Shown piece after piece: positions 27,880 through 34,546 of a stretch of 34,546 nucleotides of DNA. A program made the translations under genes and the position numbers. The stretch covers positions 1 through 34,546 of the forward strand of contig MRSU01000938.1 in the NCBI GenBank assembly GCA_008369845.1, written 5' to 3'. The first letter of the stretch is position 1, and each line of letters opens with the position of its first letter. This stretch comes from Trichomonas gallinae. Lineage: Eukaryota. Under the pieces are notes generated by a model that did no database searches, was not told where the DNA came from, and saw nothing but the letters and a program-made list of their open reading frames with translations.

Positions 27880-28770
27880 ATGAGTAATCTTAATATGAGC
27901 AATATGTTTACAAATATCAAGATCAGAGGCATTGTTCTCAACCCAAAGGAGGTTAATCCAGCTGTTGAGAGCATCCAGAAGATCTTCGTGCAAATGCAGG
28001 CTATGTCAAACAACAGAATTAAATATGCTGACGAAATTGACAATTACGCCAAGGCTATTTACAAGCTTGTCCGCACATGGGCTTCAGAGTACGCCCAGGA
28101 TTTCAAGAAATATGCGCAAATTTACAAGCAAATCTCTAAACTCAATCGTCAGCTCGCCACATACGAAAGCCGCACTGGCAATGACATCCGTGACTGCTAT
28201 GAAAGATTCCTCGCTGTAGAGAAATTCGCTGCAGTCTACAACGATATCACTGACAAGTATCATGATGCATCTGAAAAAGTCATCGACGAGATGGGCAGAG
28301 AGATGTACGAACAGAAGCAGCCGAAATACGAGCAGAAGAAGGAAGCCCTCGCAGCTGCTGTTGCTAAGGCAAAGGCAAATAAGAAGGCACTCCTCGAAGA
28401 AAGGAAGAGAGCTCTCCAGGAGTTCATCAACGCTCGTGAGCAGTACAACATCTTCAAGGTTAGAAGGCTCCACCACGCTTTCACAACATACTCCAAGGTT
28501 TTGGCTCAGTATTCTGAGAAGGAAGAACAATTATTCATCCAGGCTCAAGAAACACTCAAGACACTCAAGAGGAACAACGCTCCACAGGCCCTCAACGACG
28601 CACTCGATGATGCCCCACAGCCAATGGACAATTCAGAGATCCAGGACGCATTGCAGGGTATCGCTCCAGGTGAGGAAACAGAGATCCAAATTGCATCAGC
28701 TGAGGATACTGAGACACCATATCGTGATGATGATGGCCAGCAGAACAACGAAATCGTTGATGATATATAA
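27880..28770 (+). CDS. Helical coiled-coil protein, BAR-domain-like, with acidic tail
   Basis: About 220 aa of long amphipathic helices, FKVRRLHHAFTTY segment reminiscent of BAR helix 3; C/G-ending codon bias; start could be 27895 or 27904. Confidence 0.6.
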   Translation: MSNLNMSNMFTNIKIRGIVLNPKEVNPAVESIQKIFVQMQAMSNNRIKYADEIDNYAKAIYKLVRTWASEYAQDFKKYAQIYKQISKLNRQLATYESRTGNDIRDCYERFLAVEKFAAVYNDITDKYHDASEKVIDEMGREMYEQKQPKYEQKKEALAAAVAKAKANKKALLEERKRALQEFINAREQYNIFKVRRLHHAFTTYSKVLAQYSEKEEQLFIQAQETLKTLKRNNAPQALNDALDDAPQPMDNSEIQDALQGIAPGEETEIQIASAEDTETPYRDDDGQQNNEIVDDI

Positions 28771-28920
28771 TCTCTAAAATTCTTTTCTTTTAAACGTTAT
28801 TATATTTAATACTTTTGTTTATGTGATTGTTGATATGCAGATAAGTCAGAAAAAAGACAAAAATGTATTTATATCTATTATTTAATCAAACAAGTAAAAT
28901 GTTGGTATTATAGAATCGAA

Positions 28921-29235
28921 TTATTTGTAGTTTGCCAGTATCCTGGTAAGTACCTCTTCCTCTGCCTTTAAGTTTTCTAAAGTCTTTTTTTGATTTGGTA
29001 TTTTATTGTATTCTTCCTGCAGCTGTTGATTGATAGAAGCTGTAGAATCTATTTCGTTCCTATATTTACTTGACATTTCTTCGAGTTTGTGGCATAACTC
29101 TTCGAATTCTTTTTCTTCTGCTGTTTGCTGTATTTTTTGAAGATCCCAGAACTTAGCCGCTTCCTCTTTATACAGTTTCTGGTAGTTTTCTGCCTCCCCT
29201 ACAATAATTGGAGAAAAATCTGTTGACTTGTTCAT
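28921..29235 (-). CDS. Small coiled-coil hypothetical protein (104 aa)
   Basis: First ATG at 29235 (MNKSTD...); E/K/Q-rich heptads; ends TAA. Confidence 0.7.
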   Translation of the reverse strand: MNKSTDFSPIIVGEAENYQKLYKEEAAKFWDLQKIQQTAEEKEFEELCHKLEEMSSKYRNEIDSTASINQQLQEEYNKIPNQKKTLENLKAEEEVLTRILANYK

Positions 29236-29707
29236 TCTGTTAACGTTTAAAAATTGCAAAATAAGGTTCTATTTTTCTCACTTTTTTGCATATCTATCAA
29301 ACGTGATGATATGAAAATCTGGCTGTGTCTAGTAGGATAACAATACTAGTGAGATGATGTGGGAACTTTATCTCCAATTGAGCGAACCATAAAGTACTTT
29401 ATTCTAAAGACAAGGATCTCGTTTCTCGCTAAAAGTGACGTTTTTGCTCCAATATGACAAGAAGTTTGATACTTCATGTTAACCATTTCTAGTAACAAAG
29501 TTATGTCGAAAATTCAAAAAAATAGACTTGGTATTGCCAGGCCAAAGCAGTAACAACCAATGAAACATGATTTTGGTCATTGTTTATTATAACTTGATAT
29601 CATGGGGAAAAAAGTCATCCAGAAAAATGACAAAGAAAAAAATCAATCATAAAAGTGACAAAGATTTTGAAGAATTTTTTGATTAGGAAGAAAATTTCTG
29701 TATCTTT

Positions 29708-30703
29708 GTGATACATGAAAACACTGCGCCTCTAGATGTCTGGAAAGAATACTACGGCAACGAAGTTCCTGAAGAAAAATGCTTTAATGAACTAAATTCA
29801 TGCAATAATCCTTCAAATTATAACTCATTTTATATATACGACTGCATATTTGAATATGACTATGATGGTGTTGCCGTTGTTGATAATGAAAATATCAGCA
29901 TTAAATTTATAAATTCAAATTGTATTTTCAAAGACTGCTTTAGGAATGGACCTGGAGGTGCTATATGCTTTTATTGTCAAGGGTCCATTGTCCAGCGACA
30001 ATGTTGTGCAACGAAAATATCAATCGATAATGGAGTCTTTGGTTTGTTCTCTTATACGAGCTTAGTGTCTGAAACATCAAATTTTAACATTATCGCTGAT
30101 TGTTCAGCTTGTTTATGTAAATCAGATACTCCGACGTCTGGACCATTTTTTGCAGATTATGGCAACATCAGTTTATCTTCATCAAATATTACAGAAAATG
30201 ATGGTATGTTTTTTGTTGGATTTGGTTCAGGATATGCAAATGGGACTGGATTAATCAAATACACAACAATTGAAAATAATCATGCAGAAGACACTATGGT
30301 TGTCAATCACCGAGATGGAGATTATCTTTATGATTGCTGCAATATCATAAATAACAAGGTAGAATCTCATTATAATGGAGCTATAGCTATAACTGATGGT
30401 TTTCTCACGGTTCGAAACTGCACAATTAGAGGAAATTCAGATAAATGTCCAACATTTTACTCATCTCATGAAGCATTTATTACAATACTTGACTGCAACC
30501 TTGATAATTCTTCAATAACGCAAGATGAAACGAACTATACAGCTTCGGGTATTATGAATGAAGAAGATTTCACGCAAATTGCAAATATTTTAGAGTTGAA
30601 TTGCAAGTGTTTAATTCCAAACTTGAAAGAACCAACAGAAGAAATCACAATAAAACATGTAATAAACTTCTTGCTCACTATTTCTCAGCAAATTGCATCG
30701 TAG
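29708..30703 (+). pseudogene. Cys/Asn-rich right-handed beta-helix (Pmp-like) family gene lacking a usable ATG
   Basis: GGAI, NGAI and CNIINN type motifs; the ORF starts at GTG with an in-frame TAG at 29684; first in-frame ATG is mid-protein (30206). Confidence 0.55.
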
Positions 30704-30829
30704 ACTAAAGAAATACTTTGTTCACTTAAAAATTGACAAAAGTGGCAAAATCTAGTTTACAAAAAGTGATGAAATTAAAGTTTTTATTTGACAAATAAAA
30801 ATATTTACATGACATTAATTAAAATTGAT

Positions 30830-32383
30830 ATGTATCGAATTGAAGCTCAATCAAAAGAGTGGCCTAAAACGGTCCTTTTTGATTCGAACTGCAAATCGAG
30901 AGAAGGGACACTCGTCTTTAGATATACGGACACTGCAGCTGTTTTCATCCTTTTAAACAATGCTCAAGATCGAAGTCTCCTAGATAATCCAGATTTATAT
31001 ACATCAGATGTGTTAGAATGCCCAATTAGAGAAATTAACGGACAAATTGTGATAGATTTATTATATTATTGCGAATATTCATTTATTGATGATCCTCCAC
31101 GCATTTGTTTTCACGATCCTGTGCAAGAATTCGGTATATCTTTGACATTTGATTCTCCTGAGACTGGTCATGACATCAGACAGTTTATCTGTAAATTTTT
31201 AACAACTGAAACACCAAGTCTTCCAGGATTTTTCAAAATCACTCGATTTTTACCACCTTTTGCTCCATCTACTAAGAGTTTAAGAAAAGTATCATCTCCA
31301 AATCAGCTTCCACCAATATCTGATGAAGATTTTCAGAATGTCATTACAATTTTTCAGCAATCAATAATGCCACAAGCTCATAATAAGAAAGAATACAGGC
31401 CTGTATACGAAGATGACTTCGATCCCTCGAATTTTGAACAAGTTACAAAAATTTTGCAAAATCATAACATTGTTAATTCTGAACTATTCCTCACATGGCT
31501 TACATTGCTTCACTTACCTCAACCAGATAAATTTGAAAACTTATTTGTTCAAAAATATATTAAAGCAAAATCTCAGTGGAATACTTTTACCAGATCACAA
31601 TTGCTTCGATCTTCTCTTTACTGCAATTTTATAAATCATCTCACGAGTTATGTTAAAACTACAAAATTTGAAGCTAATTTTCCACAAGATTCGATTCGCT
31701 TGATGCAAATGACTACTTTCAATGTTTTTATGACATTGGGTGAAATAGAAAGATCATTCCACTCGCATATTCCACCTTTACTTGATCTTATGTATGTAAT
31801 TTTACGAATTTCGAATTCCAGAGTCGAAAACTCTTTTGTTAATATATGCAACAAATACACTGTAACGAAAGGCACGTACGAAGCAATAATTTTTTGGGTG
31901 ATGTTAAAAATATTATTAAGAGGTGAACTTCTGCGCTTACTCCCTCTATCAATGAAGAACACATCTGTAATTGTCGAGCCAATCATGCAGTTCCTACAGA
32001 AGGTGTCCCCATATATACACGAAGCTATAACAATGAGAAAAAGCGGATTAATTGAAATTTCGCCTTTCATTTGCTCTCTTTTTGTTTCTTTCTTCAAATA
32101 CGAAGACCTCGTGAATGTTTGGTCAGCTGCAATGTACTCTAGGAGCATCAATGAGTTCTTCATGTGTTTCATAACAGTCTGCTTAGCTTTCTCTGAGAAG
32201 AATCTTCGCGAAATCAGCGACTCGGTTGATTCGCCATCCACCGTCGTCCTTATACAGCAAGCTCTGAGTAGGAGAGGCATAGATTTCATAGTCGCAGCAA
32301 CACTGAACCTCATGGAGAAGAGCCATAAAATGATCGGCTCTTTCAATCAAGATCATGAAAATAATTCAGACTCGAGTTTATAA
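30830..32383 (+). CDS. Degenerate Rab-GAP TBC protein (TBC1D15/17/Gyp7-like architecture)
   Basis: WLTLL, YIKAKSQW, YEAIIFWVM, LQKVSPYIHEAI, FVSFFKYEDLVNVWSA follow the TBC fold order; N-terminal beta-rich domain. ATG at 30809 or 30830. Confidence 0.65.
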   Translation: MYRIEAQSKEWPKTVLFDSNCKSREGTLVFRYTDTAAVFILLNNAQDRSLLDNPDLYTSDVLECPIREINGQIVIDLLYYCEYSFIDDPPRICFHDPVQEFGISLTFDSPETGHDIRQFICKFLTTETPSLPGFFKITRFLPPFAPSTKSLRKVSSPNQLPPISDEDFQNVITIFQQSIMPQAHNKKEYRPVYEDDFDPSNFEQVTKILQNHNIVNSELFLTWLTLLHLPQPDKFENLFVQKYIKAKSQWNTFTRSQLLRSSLYCNFINHLTSYVKTTKFEANFPQDSIRLMQMTTFNVFMTLGEIERSFHSHIPPLLDLMYVILRISNSRVENSFVNICNKYTVTKGTYEAIIFWVMLKILLRGELLRLLPLSMKNTSVIVEPIMQFLQKVSPYIHEAITMRKSGLIEISPFICSLFVSFFKYEDLVNVWSAAMYSRSINEFFMCFITVCLAFSEKNLREISDSVDSPSTVVLIQQALSRRGIDFIVAATLNLMEKSHKMIGSFNQDHENNSDSSL

Positions 32384-33020
32384 TATTTATTATCATTCAA
32401 CTGATTTCATTTGTTTGAATATAAATTGTTTTATAATAGTATCTTATTTGACAACGGATGCATTTCTTTCTTGTAATTATATGTTTGCAAGAGTCTGTTA
32501 TGATGTGTTTTCTACAAAGGTAGAATAATGAAATTTCTGATGGCTTCAAATAGGTTTGAATAGATGACAATCATATTATGTATTTGAAGTTACATTGAAG
32601 AGATAATCCCAACCATTTATCGTTTCTTACATAAAAAAAAAGCTGATATTTTTCTCGAAATTCATATCTATCAAAAAAAAAAAAATTCTTGAAATATCTT
32701 ATTATCTGGGCTGAATGATGTCTATTACTGTGAATGGATCTATAGGTTAAAAAAGGATTTAATTTCTCAATTTGGCATTTTTTTGACTGTAGGATGTATT
32801 CAATCTTGAAAGATTTTGATAATTCGAAAAATTGACAAATAACCTGAAAAAGATTGATTCGTGTTATATTGATATATATTATATGTTATTATACATATTA
32901 AATACAAGTAATCAGAAATATACATTCATAAAAACTACGCCTACTCATTTATTATTCATCAAAACATAAATAAGTTGACTTAGACACATAAAGATAAAAA
33001 AAACCTTTGGTGTCACTTTT

Positions 33021-33673
33021 TAGACCTGTTCGTCCCAGGTCTGAAGATCTCGAAATATTTAGGATATAACCCTAACTCATACTTAGGCCTTATATACTTT
33101 ATACGCAATACAACGCGTCAATCGAACCAAGTAACTGTTTCTGCAAGTTCCAAACATTCTTTATTTCCAAACAACGCAGATCCATATTTGGTAATAAACG
33201 GTATTAGTTATAAGCAAGTATCTTCATCAACACGATTCGTTTCTAATGAAACTAATTATAACTGGTTTCAAATTTCATTCAAAGATTGTCACATTATATT
33301 AGAAAGTTTCTATACTATTACTTACCGCAATAGACTGTATTGTGTAAATATGCTCGGATCAAATGATAATAATACCTTCGAATTAATTCAAGAAATAAAT
33401 TTTTCAACACCTGAATCAACAACTCCATATCCAGTATCAGCTAATATAACTAGCGAAAACAAAATCAAAGCGTATAAAACTATAAGATTAGTGAATACTT
33501 GTAAAGGATTTGATGATTATTATGCAATAGATATATATAGAATAGAATTATTTGGCGTACCATATGGCGATATTGACGAAGAATATGATATATGTCAAAC
33601 TTTGAACTATTAAAGACAAAATTTTGTATTCTTATATCAATTCACAGGTTTATACGTATTTATTAGTATGTAA
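33021..33673 (+). pseudogene. Discoidin/F5-8 type C-like (galactose-binding fold) family gene; start codon missing, premature stop
   Basis: VTVSASS, NWFQISFKD, MLGSNDNNTF, YKTIRLVN, IELFG motifs. Frame is open from the GTCACTTTT element (33012) with no ATG until 33349; TAA at 33611 is followed in frame by hydrophobic tail RQNFVFLYQFTGLYVFISM*. Confidence 0.6.
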
Positions 33674-34009
33674 TACTTATAAAAGATCATAAAATCAATA
33701 GACTGAACTCTATATTCATTAAAATCATTTGTGAATATTAACCTTAAATGAACTTGTTTTCACGATGCAATTTAGTCCGAAATAAATTAACAAATATAGA
33801 CCGTGATAAAATAAATCATAGTATAATAGCAAATTAAACTATATGAGAATACATTGCATGAATATAAAAAGATGAATTCAAGATTTTGTCGAAATATGTA
33901 CTGGAAATTTGCATCATGAATACCATATATGTCACTTTTTGATTTTGATGAATAAAATTTGACTCGATACTTTCCGTATAAGCGGACAAATGGCATACTA
34001 CGCTACTTA

Positions 34010-34381
34010 TATAATACTCCATTAATAATAAAAGTAAATCAAGTTAATATAATTCGAAGAATCCTCGCATGATTCGAATTATGCTGTTAAAACTACATTC
34101 GATTTTTCGGATTAATCTCACTGGACTCCTCTTCCAAATATCTTTGTCAATCATGTTATATTATACATAAATCATAACCTTCAAAAGTCGATCATGGCCA
34201 AACAGCTTTGATTTGAGCTACATATGAAGGTCATCATTAAGTTGTCAGATTCTTTATTTCAGTTCTGAAAAACAATCCCAGTCAAGCAGTTTTAATTCTT
34301 GCTTCATTTAATGATCATTATAAAGTATTCAAACTTCTTTTCGCAATTCTTTGAATAGATGTGAAAGGAGAAGATGCCTAA
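34010..34381 (+). pseudogene. Decayed ankyrin-repeat gene
   Basis: From 34190: DHGQTALI*ATYEGHH*VVRFFISV...VLILASFNDHYKVFKLLFAIL*IDVKGED; upstream YNTPLI and HWTPL fragments. Confidence 0.75.
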
Positions 34382-34531
34382 TCAATTGAATATTGCTTTA
34401 TAGGGTTATCTCCTTTTTGACACGTAAATAATAAAATATTTATTTGTCATAAATATATAAATTGGGGTTAAGGGGGTAGGTTTGAATGGTTTACAAAATT
34501 TGAAAAAGTGCTTCATATCAGCCAGTCAGAG

Positions 34532-34546
34532 CGACGCCCATGGGGA
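34532..34546 (-). tRNA. Possible 3' end of a tRNA cut by the window edge
   Basis: Minus strand TC-CCCAT-GGGCGTC-G fits T-loop end, T-stem, acceptor 3' strand and discriminator; T5 run about 25 nt downstream. Only 15 nt visible. Confidence 0.25.

Noticed and set aside
29323..29346. 24-nt intron-like GTATTG...ACTAGACACAG on the minus strand
   Set aside because: Branch site deviates from the CTAAC consensus, and removing it does not join ATG 29390 to the downstream CDS frame.
31648..32346. 232-aa antisense ORF, and the many other ORFs nested in or opposite long genes
   Set aside because: Shadow frames of real genes with no recognisable motifs.
273..34381. Stop-codon reassignment suggested by several in-frame TAA/TGA codons
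   Set aside because: Intact genes end in TAA, TAG and TGA, long ORFs have no internal stops, and several interrupted genes also show frameshifts or lost starts.
34464..34489. Telomere-like or G-quadruplex tract GGGGTTAAGGGGGTAGG
   Set aside because: Not a TTAGGG array and only two long G runs.

Overview
AT-rich, gene-dense, apparently intron-less eukaryotic DNA that looks like Trichomonas vaginalis or a close trichomonad (BspA-type LRR surface protein, TCA(T/C)T initiator elements just upstream of ATGs, recurrent AAAAGTGAC motif); it is not prokaryotic. About eleven intact genes: CIP2A-like ARM/coiled-coil protein, BspA-like surface protein, Mediator Med23-like subunit, SAPS/PPP6R-like protein, a shortened Tra1/TRRAP-like pseudo-PIKK, MGRN1-like RING ligase, DENND6-like protein, membrane-anchored S1/P1 nuclease, BAR-like coiled coil, a small coiled-coil protein and a degenerate TBC protein. 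Manual translation also shows broken genes that the ORF track hides or truncates: a PA200/Blm10 C-terminal remnant, an ankyrin-repeat remnant, and ubiquitin-like, beta-helix and discoidin-like genes with in-frame stops or no ATG. The most striking non-coding structure is an array of seven AAGTGTCA sites spaced only 20 or 32 bp apart in the divergent Med23/SAPS promoter. All family calls come from recalled motif similarity, not database searches. I cannot support a single novel multi-gene system.
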